Assembly: GCA_023818695.1 (NCBI GenBank)
Contig: JAMWCF010000001.1
Location: 211,306 to 275,305, forward strand
Origin: Candidatus Omnitrophota bacterium
GTDB taxonomy: Bacteria; Omnitrophota; Gorgyraeia; 1-14-0-20-64-10
Direction: 5' to 3'
Length of the DNA: 64,000 nt
Position 1 is the stretch's first letter; every line of letters begins with the position of its first letter. A model generated the notes under the pieces. That model had not been told where the DNA came from, made no database searches, and saw nothing but the letters and a program-made list of their open reading frames with translations. A program made the position numbers and the translations under genes. Shown one piece after another: positions 36,410 to 46,423 of this stretch.

Positions 36410-37516
36410 ATGGCCCACGTTTCCATACAGGAAGTCACGAAGATCTACCCGCACGGGAATGAACTGGCCGTGGACAAGGTCAGTCTGGATATCGAATCCA
36501 AGGAGTTCCTGGTACTGGTCGGCCCTTCCGGGTGCGGTAAGTCGACGACCCTGCGGATGGTGGCGGGGCTTGAGGAGATTACCTCCGGGAAGATCTACAT
36601 CGGGGATCGGCTGGTCAACGACGTTCCCGCGAAGGACAGGGACATCGCCATGGTCTTCCAGACTTACGCCCTCTATCCTCACATGACCGCCTTTGAAAAC
36701 ATGGCTTTTGGCCTGACCTTGAGGCGCTACCCGAAATGGGAGATCACCAACCGGGTCAAGGAGGCAGCGGAGATATTGAGCATTTCCAAACTGTTGAACA
36801 GGAAGCCTCGAGAACTCTCCGGCGGCGAGCGCCAGCGGGTCGCCCTGGGGCGGGCGATCGTCAGGAAACCAGCCGTCTTCCTGTTCGACGAACCGCTGTC
36901 CAATCTGGACGCCAAGATGCGGGTCCAGATGCGCACGGAGTTGAACAAGCTCTACAACAAACTTCAATCTACCATGCTCTATGTCACACACGACCAGACC
37001 GAGGCGATGACCCTCGGCAACCGGATCGCTGTGATGCACCAGGGGGTGATCCAGCAGGTAGCCGATCCGGCCAACATCTACACCCATCCGGCCAACAAAT
37101 TCGTCGCCGGCTTCATCGGGTCGCCTCCCATGAATTTCATAAATGGCCGCGTGATTCGCCGCAACGGCAAGTTCTACTTTGAGGAAGGCGCCTTCCGGGT
37201 GAAGATCGTCGATGAGATGGTCCCGAAGCTGGCACCTTACGATGGCAAACAGGTCACGCTCGGCATTCGGCCCGAATCGATCTACGACAAGCTTTTCGTC
37301 CAGTATGCCCCCCCCGAGAACACCGTCACGGCGACGGTCGACGTCGTCGAGCCGATGGGATCGGAAGTCTACCTGCACCTGCTTCTTGGAACGCACGCCG
37401 TGACGGCCCGCGTGGGCGGTCACGAACGGCCGAAAGTGAATCAGGACATGGATCTTGTTTTCGACATGTCAAAGGTGCATTTCTTTGACCCTGATTCCGA
37501 AGCGGCTATCGTCTGA
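36410..37516 (+). CDS. Sugar-type ABC transporter ATP-binding protein (MalK/UgpC-like); no cognate permease adjacent
   Basis: Walker A GPSGCGKST, signature LSGGERQRVALGRA, Walker B FLFDEPLSNLD and a MalK-like C-terminal regulatory domain. Confidence 0.85.
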   Translation: MAHVSIQEVTKIYPHGNELAVDKVSLDIESKEFLVLVGPSGCGKSTTLRMVAGLEEITSGKIYIGDRLVNDVPAKDRDIAMVFQTYALYPHMTAFENMAFGLTLRRYPKWEITNRVKEAAEILSISKLLNRKPRELSGGERQRVALGRAIVRKPAVFLFDEPLSNLDAKMRVQMRTELNKLYNKLQSTMLYVTHDQTEAMTLGNRIAVMHQGVIQQVADPANIYTHPANKFVAGFIGSPPMNFINGRVIRRNGKFYFEEGAFRVKIVDEMVPKLAPYDGKQVTLGIRPESIYDKLFVQYAPPENTVTATVDVVEPMGSEVYLHLLLGTHAVTARVGGHERPKVNQDMDLVFDMSKVHFFDPDSEAAIV

Positions 37517-38951
37517 TCCTGCCTTCCCTCTTCCCAGAAAACCCTGGCTCTGGCTCCTCCTGTTGGCCACGACCTTTTTTCTGCTTTGGCTCTCCCCTCT
37601 GGGCTCGCCCGACGTTCCCGCCTCCGTCCCGTCACTGACGGTCCTTTCCTACCTGCTGGCCCCTCTGATCCTCTGGATCTGGCTGTCCCAGGGGACCGGC
37701 TGGGGATTGGCGACAGCGATCTGGTCCTGCCTGCTGGCGGGGTTTATCGCTCTCGCGTCCCGCCAGGAGATCCTTTTCTGGCTGCCCGTCGAGTTAATCG
37801 CCCTTTCACTGGTCACGCATTATGGGATCACGCGATGGCAGAGGCAGGTGAAGATCCGGGCGGTGGAGGTAGAACACCTGGAAGCGAATTCCAACACATC
37901 GATCCAGACCCTGGGCAGGATGCTGAGGTTGGAAACGGGGCTACGGTTTCGGCTCGAACGGTACCAGAAACTCCGGCAGACGGCGAACACCTTCGGCGCC
38001 ACCCTACCTCTGGAGCAGCTGGTTGAACAGATCACCCTCGGCGTTTTGGAGCTGATCCAGGACGCCGACAACGCACTCCTGTACTTGGTGGATTCCAAGA
38101 CGCTCTCTCTGGAGCTGAAGCAGGCAACGGGACGAGGGGGCGGTAAACCGATCGTCAAAACGAAAACCGGGGACTTGTTCGACCATTGGGTCATGCGCCA
38201 GGCCCAGCCCCTGCTGGTCGAGGACGTAAAAAAAGATTTCCGTTTTTCCGAGATGTTTGCCGGGAAAACCCAAAGGCCCTTGGGATCACTGATCGGGGTT
38301 CCTCTGATGACGGAGAACCGATGCCTGGGGGTCTTGAGGGCTGAGGCGAACGACTCGGAAAAGCTCAGCTCGGACGACCTGCGGCTCCTGCGGATTATCG
38401 GGGACCTCGCCGCCTTGAGTATCGAGAACAGCCGCCTCTACAGCCGCATGAGCGAACTGGCGCTGACGGACGACCTGACGAAGCTATATGTCCGGCGGTA
38501 TTTTGAAAAACGCCTGGAAGAGGAGCTGGTCAGGGCCCGCCGGTTCAAAAGTCCGCTGTCCCTGCTGATCATCGATATCGACCGGTTCAAACAGTACAAC
38601 GACACCTTCGGTCATTCAGCCGGCGACAAGATGCTTCGCTACGTGGGGATTCTCCTGAAACAGGCCCAGCATGCCGGCGAGGTCGTGGCCCGTCTGGGCG
38701 GCGAGGAGTTTGCCTGGCTTCTGCCGAACACGGCAGCGGACGCCGCGGTGCAGAAGGCGGAGGATTTCCGCCGCCAGATGGAATCGGCCCATCTGGCGTT
38801 AAGAAGAGCCATGACGGGCGCTACCGTCTCCATTGGCATAGCTGTCTTCCCAAAGGACGGAGAGAATGTTCAGGCTCTTCTGAAAGCGGCCGATCAGCAG
38901 CTCTATCGGGCGAAAGTTGGCGGCCGCAACAAGGTTTGTTTTGCCGAATGA
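37455..38951 (+). CDS. Membrane-anchored GAF-GGDEF diguanylate cyclase
   Basis: N-terminal TM segments, a GAF region and a GGDEF domain with RLGGEEF. The start is uncertain: ATG 37455 overlaps the upstream gene by 62 nt, and alternative non-ATG starts exist after 37516. Confidence 0.75.
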   Translation: MFSTCQRCISLTLIPKRLSSDPAFPLPRKPWLWLLLLATTFFLLWLSPLGSPDVPASVPSLTVLSYLLAPLILWIWLSQGTGWGLATAIWSCLLAGFIALASRQEILFWLPVELIALSLVTHYGITRWQRQVKIRAVEVEHLEANSNTSIQTLGRMLRLETGLRFRLERYQKLRQTANTFGATLPLEQLVEQITLGVLELIQDADNALLYLVDSKTLSLELKQATGRGGGKPIVKTKTGDLFDHWVMRQAQPLLVEDVKKDFRFSEMFAGKTQRPLGSLIGVPLMTENRCLGVLRAEANDSEKLSSDDLRLLRIIGDLAALSIENSRLYSRMSELALTDDLTKLYVRRYFEKRLEEELVRARRFKSPLSLLIIDIDRFKQYNDTFGHSAGDKMLRYVGILLKQAQHAGEVVARLGGEEFAWLLPNTAADAAVQKAEDFRRQMESAHLALRRAMTGATVSIGIAVFPKDGENVQALLKAADQQLYRAKVGGRNKVCFAE

Positions 38952-40135
38952 AAACGTATGTGGCAGCGGTCTGGCTGTTTCTGCTGGCGGCGGCCGTCGC
39001 CTCGCAGGAGAGGGCTTCCTGGTGGCTGGGATGGATGATTCTGCCGATCGCGGCGGCGGGATTCCTGCATGGGCCGGCTCACTCCTTCCTGCTGGCGGTA
39101 TTCAGCTCGCTGGCCGCGGCGGTCTTGCTGGTTGTCAGGACGCCGCCGGATTTCGCCGCCGGTGTCTGGGCCCCCTTCGGACTGCTGCCCTTCATTCTCT
39201 GGAACAAGCGGCTTCTGATCAGCGCCGAGATCGAGTCGTGGAACGTGAAAAAAACCGCTCTTGAAAACCAGATCCGGGAGATCGAACGGGAGACTAAAGG
39301 AATTCAATCGATCAACAAGGAGCTGGAGGATTCCATCCACCGAATCACGGAACTGTATGGGCTTTCGAAGCAGTTTCTCGCCACGCTGGAGGAGGATACG
39401 GCGATCCGAATCACGGAGGAATCGATCCAAAAGTGGCTCACCGATATTCCGAAAGAGAAGCAGCAATTGATTGTTCAGAAAGCCAGAGAACTGCTGGAAA
39501 CCGGTCCGGCGGCGGTCAAAGACCTGGTCCAATTCTTCCCGGAAGAAAGACCTGGAACGGAGGCCAGGGAAAAGTGGGGGATCATGGTCGGCCAGCTGGC
39601 CCTGGGTCTCCAAAGGGTGGCGCTCTACAAGCAGATCCAGAGATTGGCCATCCACGATAGCCTGACCGGCTTGATGGTTCGCCGGCATTTCATGGAGCGG
39701 TTGGAGGAGGAGGTGGCCCGTTCCAAACGGCTTTCAAAGGAGCTGGCATTCCTGATGATTGACCTGGACGAATTTAAAAAGGTCAACGACACTTACGGGC
39801 ATCTGGTGGGCGACGTCGTCCTGCGCGAGGTGGCTGAACGTCTGCAGAAATCGGTCCGGGAGGTGGATCTCGTGGGCCGCTATGGGGGAGAGGAGTTCGG
39901 CGTTGTCCTGCCGGAAACCGACATGCCGATGGGCGCCCAGGTGGCCGAAAGAATCAGACAAACAGTTGAACAGACGCCTATTCCGGCATACGATGAGAGG
40001 ATTCGGATGACCGTTTCCGTGGGGGTCAGTGTGCTTGGCACGGCCAACGGAGAGATCGTGAAACTGATCGAAATGGCCGATGAGGCCCTTTACAAAGCGA
40101 AAAACAGCGGGCGCAACAGAGTCGTCTGTTCATGA
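38948..40135 (+). CDS. Membrane-anchored coiled-coil GGDEF diguanylate cyclase
   Basis: ATGA overlap with the upstream gene. TM segments, a coiled coil, and a GGDEF domain with RYGGEEF and an RxxD I-site (REVD) five residues upstream. Confidence 0.8.
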   Translation: MKTYVAAVWLFLLAAAVASQERASWWLGWMILPIAAAGFLHGPAHSFLLAVFSSLAAAVLLVVRTPPDFAAGVWAPFGLLPFILWNKRLLISAEIESWNVKKTALENQIREIERETKGIQSINKELEDSIHRITELYGLSKQFLATLEEDTAIRITEESIQKWLTDIPKEKQQLIVQKARELLETGPAAVKDLVQFFPEERPGTEAREKWGIMVGQLALGLQRVALYKQIQRLAIHDSLTGLMVRRHFMERLEEEVARSKRLSKELAFLMIDLDEFKKVNDTYGHLVGDVVLREVAERLQKSVREVDLVGRYGGEEFGVVLPETDMPMGAQVAERIRQTVEQTPIPAYDERIRMTVSVGVSVLGTANGEIVKLIEMADEALYKAKNSGRNRVVCS

Positions 40136-41103
40136 GCGAAAACACCGGTTGGACAATAGGCATCGACATCGGCGGCACCTTCGTCAAATACGGCTTGGTG
40201 AAGGGCGGCCGCGTCGCCGGTGAAAGGAGCTTTTCCACAAGCCGGTTTTCGTCTCCACGCCAACTGCAGGACCGGCTGGTCCTGGCCGCGCGGGAGCTCA
40301 TTGGCGGCCACCGGGGGGTGGCCGGGGTCGGCATCGGCATCCCCGGTCTGGTCAAATACCCGGAAGGGATCGTCAAAACCTGCGTGAACATACCAGGGTG
40401 GAAGAATGTTCCCCTGCGGCGGCTTCTCCAAAAACGCCTGCATGTTCCGGTACAGGTGGAGAATGACGTCAACGTGATGACGCTCGCCGAGTGGCGGTAT
40501 GGAGCGGGGCGGGGGGCCGACGACCTTCTGTGCATGACGCTCGGGACCGGGGTTGGCGGAGGGTTGGTCCTTAACGGCCGGTTTTACCGCGGCTGGGGAG
40601 GGACGGCCGGAGAGGTGGGCCATATGCCCTTGCAGATGGACGGGATCCGGTGCGCCTGCGGCGGGCGGGGATGCCTGGAGCGGTACGTCGGTAACCGGGA
40701 GATCATCGCATGGGTCCGTCAGCAGATCCGGCAGGGACGGCAAAGCATCCTGATCCGCCTGACCGGCGGCCGACCGTCAGGAATCACTCCGGAGATTATC
40801 GATGCGGCCTGCGCCAAAGGGGACCGACTGGCTCGGGAGACATGGGAAAGGGTCGGCACCCACATCGGCACCACCCTGGCCGGGGTGGTGAACCTCTTAA
40901 GCCCGGAAAAGATCGTCATCGGCGGCGGCATCTCGAAGGCGGGGAAGTGGCTGTTCGAGCCGATTCGCCGCACGGTCCGGGAAAGGGTCATGCGCGGTGT
41001 CCAGCCCGTCTCGATTGTGCCGGCCCTCCTGGGAGGATCGGCGGGGATCATCGGCGCGGGGCTCCTCATCCGGGAATGGCTGGACTCGCAGCGGAACGCA
41101 TGA
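40132..41103 (+). CDS. glk: ROK-family glucokinase
   Basis: ATGA overlap with the upstream gene. Motifs IGIDIGGT and ROK zinc motif CACGGRGCLE. Confidence 0.8.
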   Translation: MSENTGWTIGIDIGGTFVKYGLVKGGRVAGERSFSTSRFSSPRQLQDRLVLAARELIGGHRGVAGVGIGIPGLVKYPEGIVKTCVNIPGWKNVPLRRLLQKRLHVPVQVENDVNVMTLAEWRYGAGRGADDLLCMTLGTGVGGGLVLNGRFYRGWGGTAGEVGHMPLQMDGIRCACGGRGCLERYVGNREIIAWVRQQIRQGRQSILIRLTGGRPSGITPEIIDAACAKGDRLARETWERVGTHIGTTLAGVVNLLSPEKIVIGGGISKAGKWLFEPIRRTVRERVMRGVQPVSIVPALLGGSAGIIGAGLLIREWLDSQRNA

Positions 41104-43385
41104 ATACGAAACCGGTTTTTAAAGCGGCTTTCATCCTGTCTCTGTTTTCCTTTCTTCCCAACCCTGTCTTCGCTTCCGACGATCCGGTGCAGGTCAAAGG
41201 GGACCAGGTCGAATTCTTCGACAACCTGCAGAAAGTGGTCGCCTCCGGCAACGTCGTGGCGACCTACCAGGACAGCACGCTGACCTGCGACCAGGCGATC
41301 ATCTACATGGCCACCAAGGACGCTTACCTTCGGGGCGGCGTTCGGCTGTCGCAGCCGGGCGGACTCGTCAAGGGTGAAGAGGTCGTCTACAACTTCGAGA
41401 CCCGCAAGGGGATCGTCATCCAGCCGGAAGGGACGTCGGGACCATTCCGGTCCGCCGGGGAAAGGGCGCTGAAGGTCGGTGGAACCGAATATCTCTTCAA
41501 GAACGGCTACATCTCAACCTGCGATTTCGAGAACCCCCATACCCGGCTGCAGGCGAAGGAGATCTCCATTTTTCTGGACGACAAGCTGGTTCTGAAGAAC
41601 GTCCTGCTCTACATCGGCGGCGTTCCGGTCATGTACCTGCCTTCCTATACTCATCCGCTGGACGACAAGCGGCCACGTGTCACGCTGCTGCCGGGCAAGA
41701 GGGAACCCTGGGGGGGATTCCTCCTGACCTCCTGGCGGGCGTACTTTAACGAAAACCTGCAGGGGCGCGTGTTTATGGACTTCAGAGAGAAGAAGGGGGT
41801 CGCCGGCGGCTCCGACCTGCGCTACGAGCTCCCGGAAGGTGGCGAGGGGATCATCCGTACCTATTTCACCGACGAGGATGACGTCTTCTATTTCCGGAAG
41901 GACGAAGAGGAAGTAGTCAAGCGCCGGTACAGGGAGCGTGTCCAGTTCCGGCACCTCTGGGACATCGATAAACAGACGAAGCTGACTGCCGAGGTCCACC
42001 AGGCCAAAGACGCCACGGTCATCAAAGATTTCTTCCCGGACGAGTTCGAGGCGGACGAAAACCCGCAAACCTACCTTCAGATCATTCGGGCAACCCCCCA
42101 GTACGGCCTGACCTTCCTGGTCAGGCAGAGGGTCAACGCGTTCGAAACAGTCACGCAAAACTGGCCGCAGATCAACCTGCAACTGCGGCCGATCCCGGTG
42201 CCGTGGCTGCCGGCGCTGCGCAAACGGGCCTCCTCCGATCCCGCCGACATCTCCCAGCCGGGATGGTATTACCAGTCCAATTATGACTACAACCATACCA
42301 ACCTGTCGGCGGAGGGGGAGACGGCCAGCTCCCAGATCAAGGTGTCGACCTTGCAGGAGCTTTTCTACCTCGTGAAGGTGATGAACTGGCTGAACATCCG
42401 TCCCTTTTTCCAGTTCCAGACCGCCTTCTTCTCCCGGCGAGCCACCAGTCCCGGCAACGTCTGGAGGCAGGCCGGCGCGGTTGGCTTTGACATGAGCACG
42501 AGGTTCTTTCGGGTGTTTAACATCGAAACCGATTTCGCGGGGATGGACATCCATAAGCTGCGCCACATCATCAACCCGACCATCACCTACAAATTCCAGG
42601 GGGACCCCACCGTCCCGGCAAGCAGTTTATTCACAGAGACCGGGGGTTTGGCCAAATCCAACACCATCTCTCCGTCCATCGAACAAAAACTTCAAACCAA
42701 GCGGTTGATCGAGGGAAAGTGGCAGCAGGTCGACCTGGCCCGCCTCCTCCTGTCCTTCCCGTATGACCTGGAAGGGCCGGGAGGGTCCGGAGGACGTCCG
42801 GGGAACATCGACATGGACCTGGAAACGAAGCCGTACCCCTGGCTGTACTTCGAGTCGGACGCCCGATTCAACACCGAGATGGGCCAGTTCCAGACGATCA
42901 ACGCCGACATCCTGGCGATCCCGGTCAACGACAAGGCTCCTATTGAAACCACAATCCAGGGATCAACCGGTCTGCGCGAGTACAACAGGAGCGCGGAAGG
43001 TTTCTACAGTCTGCCCTGGGGCGTCGGCCTCGGCTGGCGGTACCAGAGGAATACCAGCGCGCAGCTGGTGTTCGAGACCGAGTTCGACCTGGATCCGAAA
43101 TGGCGGGTCGGGATCTACCAGGCATTCGATGTTAAGCGCTTCGTCACCGAGGTGGACCCTGCCGGCAATTCCAGGACCGTCAAGAGGATCTACACCTCCC
43201 CGGATCTGTCTTACCGCCTGCGCCGGGATCTCCATGAGTGGACCGGCGAGCTGGTTTTCTCCAGGGCCCGCGGGGAAGGGACCGCCCTGCTCCTGCTCTT
43301 CCGGCTGAAGGATTTCCCCGAGCTGCCCATCGAGCTGGAGCGTCATTACAACCAGCCGAAGGCCGGGAAAAAATATCTCCGGTGA
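41100..43385 (+). CDS. lptD: LptD/OstA-like outer-membrane LPS-assembly protein
   Basis: ATGA overlap with the upstream gene. Signal peptide, OstA-like N-terminal domain (VQVKGDQVEFFDNLQKVVASGNV) and a long beta-barrel-like C-terminus. The ORF-track start at 40710 lies inside glk. Confidence 0.7.
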   Translation: MNTKPVFKAAFILSLFSFLPNPVFASDDPVQVKGDQVEFFDNLQKVVASGNVVATYQDSTLTCDQAIIYMATKDAYLRGGVRLSQPGGLVKGEEVVYNFETRKGIVIQPEGTSGPFRSAGERALKVGGTEYLFKNGYISTCDFENPHTRLQAKEISIFLDDKLVLKNVLLYIGGVPVMYLPSYTHPLDDKRPRVTLLPGKREPWGGFLLTSWRAYFNENLQGRVFMDFREKKGVAGGSDLRYELPEGGEGIIRTYFTDEDDVFYFRKDEEEVVKRRYRERVQFRHLWDIDKQTKLTAEVHQAKDATVIKDFFPDEFEADENPQTYLQIIRATPQYGLTFLVRQRVNAFETVTQNWPQINLQLRPIPVPWLPALRKRASSDPADISQPGWYYQSNYDYNHTNLSAEGETASSQIKVSTLQELFYLVKVMNWLNIRPFFQFQTAFFSRRATSPGNVWRQAGAVGFDMSTRFFRVFNIETDFAGMDIHKLRHIINPTITYKFQGDPTVPASSLFTETGGLAKSNTISPSIEQKLQTKRLIEGKWQQVDLARLLLSFPYDLEGPGGSGGRPGNIDMDLETKPYPWLYFESDARFNTEMGQFQTINADILAIPVNDKAPIETTIQGSTGLREYNRSAEGFYSLPWGVGLGWRYQRNTSAQLVFETEFDLDPKWRVGIYQAFDVKRFVTEVDPAGNSRTVKRIYTSPDLSYRLRRDLHEWTGELVFSRARGEGTALLLLFRLKDFPELPIELERHYNQPKAGKKYLR

Positions 43386-43389
43386 CCCG

Positions 43390-43398
43390 TGCTATAAT
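43390..43398 (+). promoter_or_regulatory. Extended -10 promoter element upstream of ugd
   Basis: TGcTATAAT at 43390-43398. The -35 region is AT-rich and weak. Confidence 0.45.
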
Positions 43399-43419
43399 GC
43401 CGCTCTCGGAGTCCCAAAC

Positions 43420-44724
43420 ATGAACCTTTGTATCATCGGCGCCGGCCATGTCGGCCTGGTGACGGCGGCTTGTTTCGCCGAGCTGGGCCATCGAGTCGTC
43501 TGCGTCGACAATGACAAGAAAAAGATCGCGCTTCTGAAAAAAGGAAAGGTCACCTTCTACGAGCCGGGACTCTCGGAGCTCGTCAGGCGAAACCTCTCCA
43601 GGAAGCGGCTGCTGTTCACGGACCGCGTCTCGGAAGGGGTCACGCGGTCCCAGGTAATCTTCATCGCTGTAGGGACCCCCCCTTTGTCATCCGGAGAGGC
43701 CGACCTGACGGCGGTGGAGCAGGTTTCCCGGGAGATCGCCCGGTCGATGACCTCCTACCGGCTGGTTGTCGAGAAATCGACCGTTCCAGTGGAAACAGGC
43801 AAGTGGGTCAAAAAGACGCTCGAGCATTCAGTCCGAAAGAGGGTTGGCTTCGACGTCGCTTCGAACCCGGAGTTTCTCCGGGAGGGGTCGGCGGTTCACG
43901 ATTTTCTCCATCCCGACCGGATCGTCATCGGGGTTGAATCCGAAAAAGCGCGCGCCCTCTTGAGCGAGCTGTATCGCCCCTTCAAGGCGCCGCTGGTCGT
44001 GACCGACATCGCCAGCTCCGAACTGATCAAGCACGCCTCCAACGCCTTTCTCGCGACGAAGATCTCCTTCATCAACGCGATTGCCTGCATCGCGGAAAAG
44101 GTGGGGGCCGACGTGACGAAGATCGCGCACGGCATGGGGCTGGATCCCCGGATCGGCCCCGCTTTCCTGAACGCCGGCGCCGGTTTCGGCGGCTTCTGCT
44201 TTCCCAAGGACGTGGAGGCCTTCATACGGATCGCCGAGAAGATCGGCTACGACTTCGATCTTCTCAAGGCCGTCAAACGAATCAACGAGGAACAGAGGCG
44301 GCGGATCGTCAAAAAAATCGAGCGGCAGATGTGGAACCTCAAAGGGAAAAGGATCGGCGTCCTGGGGCTCGCATTCAAGCCGGACACCGATGACCTGCGT
44401 TTCGCGCCCGCCCTGGACGTGATCGCCGCTCTCCAAAAGGAAGGATCCGACGTTCGCTGTTATGATCCGGTCGCCATGCCGGAAGCGAAAAAAATACTCA
44501 AAGGGGTTCGTTTCGCGCCCTCCGCCGCCCAGGCGGCCCAGCAGGCGGATTGCCTCGTGCTGATGACCGAGTGGGCGGAGTTCAAAAAACTGGACTTCCG
44601 GAAGCTGAAAGGAACGATGCGCCAGGCGGTCCTGGTGGACGCCAGGAACATGATCGATCCGGCCATCCCCCGAAAAGCCGGGTTCCGCTACGTCGGCGTC
44701 GGAAGGGGGGACGACTCCGCGTGA
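43420..44724 (+). CDS. ugd: UDP-glucose 6-dehydrogenase
   Basis: Rossmann motif IIGAGHVGLVTAACFAELGH, the GFGGFCFPKD catalytic Cys motif, and a length typical of Ugd. Confidence 0.85.
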   Translation: MNLCIIGAGHVGLVTAACFAELGHRVVCVDNDKKKIALLKKGKVTFYEPGLSELVRRNLSRKRLLFTDRVSEGVTRSQVIFIAVGTPPLSSGEADLTAVEQVSREIARSMTSYRLVVEKSTVPVETGKWVKKTLEHSVRKRVGFDVASNPEFLREGSAVHDFLHPDRIVIGVESEKARALLSELYRPFKAPLVVTDIASSELIKHASNAFLATKISFINAIACIAEKVGADVTKIAHGMGLDPRIGPAFLNAGAGFGGFCFPKDVEAFIRIAEKIGYDFDLLKAVKRINEEQRRRIVKKIERQMWNLKGKRIGVLGLAFKPDTDDLRFAPALDVIAALQKEGSDVRCYDPVAMPEAKKILKGVRFAPSAAQAAQQADCLVLMTEWAEFKKLDFRKLKGTMRQAVLVDARNMIDPAIPRKAGFRYVGVGRGDDSA

Positions 44725-45449
44725 AGGGGATCATCCTCGCCGGGGGGCTGGGAACCCGCTTGAGACCCCTGACAAACGTCACGAACAAGCACCTTCTGCC
44801 GGTCTACGACAAGCCGATGATCTATTATCCTCTCCTGACCCTCGTGGATGCGGGAATCAAAGACATTCTTCTGGTCACCGGCGGAAATAACGCTGGCGAT
44901 TTCCTGCGGCTGATCGGCAACGGGAGTGCCTTCGGGCTGAAACACGTCAACTACACCTACCAGAAGGGGGAGGGAGGGATCGCGGAGGCGCTGGGGCTCG
45001 CCGAGCATTTCGCCGACGGCGAAAAGGTGGTCGTTATCCTGGGGGACAACATCATCGAGGGCTCCATCCGTTCCACGGTGGAGGCCTTCAAGCGCCAGCG
45101 TGCCGGCGCGAGGATCCTGATCAAGAAGGTCCCCGACCCCGAAAGGTTCGGCGTCGTCGTTTTCAAAAAAGGGAAAATTGCCAGGGTGGAGGAGAAGCCG
45201 AAGCGTCCGAAATCGAGCTACATCGTCACGGGGATCTACATGTACGACGCTCGCGTCTTCGACATCATCAGGACACTGAAACCCTCCCGACGGGGCGAGC
45301 TGGAGATCACCGACGTTAACAACGACTACATCAGGAAGAACCAGATGGAGTACGACATCCTCAAGGGGTGGTGGAGCGACTGCGGCGCTTTCGACTCCCT
45401 GTTGAAGGCGAGCAATCTGGTAGCCGGCAAAAGCAGGAAAACCGGATGA
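44721..45449 (+). CDS. rmlA: Sugar-phosphate nucleotidyltransferase (glucose-1-phosphate thymidylyltransferase-like, short form)
   Basis: GTGA overlap with ugd. Motif GIILAGGLGTRLRPLT. Confidence 0.7.
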   Translation: MKGIILAGGLGTRLRPLTNVTNKHLLPVYDKPMIYYPLLTLVDAGIKDILLVTGGNNAGDFLRLIGNGSAFGLKHVNYTYQKGEGGIAEALGLAEHFADGEKVVVILGDNIIEGSIRSTVEAFKRQRAGARILIKKVPDPERFGVVVFKKGKIARVEEKPKRPKSSYIVTGIYMYDARVFDIIRTLKPSRRGELEITDVNNDYIRKNQMEYDILKGWWSDCGAFDSLLKASNLVAGKSRKTG

Positions 45450-46423
45450 AGAGGATCCTCGTCACCGGCGGGGCGGGGTTCATCGGCTCCAATTTTATCC
45501 GGTTCCTCCTGAAGGAGCGGGTCGGCGCGCATGTCACCAATCTGGACAAGCTCACTTACGCCGGCAACCGGGAGAACCTGCGGGAACTGGAGGGGAACCC
45601 CTGCTACCGATTCATCCAGGGGGACATCGCCGATCCCGGGACCGTCAACGCGGCGCTGAAGGAGTGCGACACGGTCGTCCATTTTGCCGCCGAGAGTCAC
45701 GTGGACCGGTCGATTCGGGATGCCTCCGCTTTTCTTCAGACAAACGTTCTGGGGACCCACAACCTCCTGGAGGCGGCCAAAAATCAGGGGATTCAGAGAT
45801 TTATTCACATCTCCACGGACGAGGTGTACGGATCCTTGGAGCGGGGAACCGCATCGGAGTCCTCCCCGCTGTCTCCCAGCAACCCCTACGCCGCCAGCAA
45901 GGCAGCCTCGGACCACCTGGTGCGCTCTTACTACGTTACCTTCGGCCTGCCGGCGCTCGTCATCCGGGGCACGAATAACTTCGGTCCGTACCAGTTCCCG
46001 GAAAAATTCATCCCGCTGATGATCACGCAAGCGCTGCGTGGCGATCCAATACCGGTCTACGGCGATGGGAAATACACCAGGGAATGGATCTACGTGGCCG
46101 ACTTCTGCTCGGCCATCCTTCTGCTCCTGGAAAAAGGGGCGCCTGGCGAGATCTATAACGCCGGTTCCGGGGACCGGCGGGAAAACTTGGCCGTGGTGGA
46201 GACCGTCCTGTCGGAACTGAAGAAGCCGAAAACCCTCGTCAAACACGTCGCCGATCGGCTGGGCCACGACAGGCGGTATGCGATCGATTCTTCCAAGATC
46301 AGGAAGCTGGGATGGAAACCGGCATCCGACTTTGAGACGGCCATCCGGGAAACCATCCGGTGGTACCGGGACAACCCCCGCTGGTGGAACCCTCTCACAG
46401 AACGCGCTAAGCTGGTGGGATGA
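45446..46423 (+). CDS. rmlB: dTDP-glucose 4,6-dehydratase
   Basis: ATGA overlap with rmlA. Motifs VTGGAGFIGSNF and YAASKAASD. Confidence 0.85.
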   Translation: MKRILVTGGAGFIGSNFIRFLLKERVGAHVTNLDKLTYAGNRENLRELEGNPCYRFIQGDIADPGTVNAALKECDTVVHFAAESHVDRSIRDASAFLQTNVLGTHNLLEAAKNQGIQRFIHISTDEVYGSLERGTASESSPLSPSNPYAASKAASDHLVRSYYVTFGLPALVIRGTNNFGPYQFPEKFIPLMITQALRGDPIPVYGDGKYTREWIYVADFCSAILLLLEKGAPGEIYNAGSGDRRENLAVVETVLSELKKPKTLVKHVADRLGHDRRYAIDSSKIRKLGWKPASDFETAIRETIRWYRDNPRWWNPLTERAKLVG

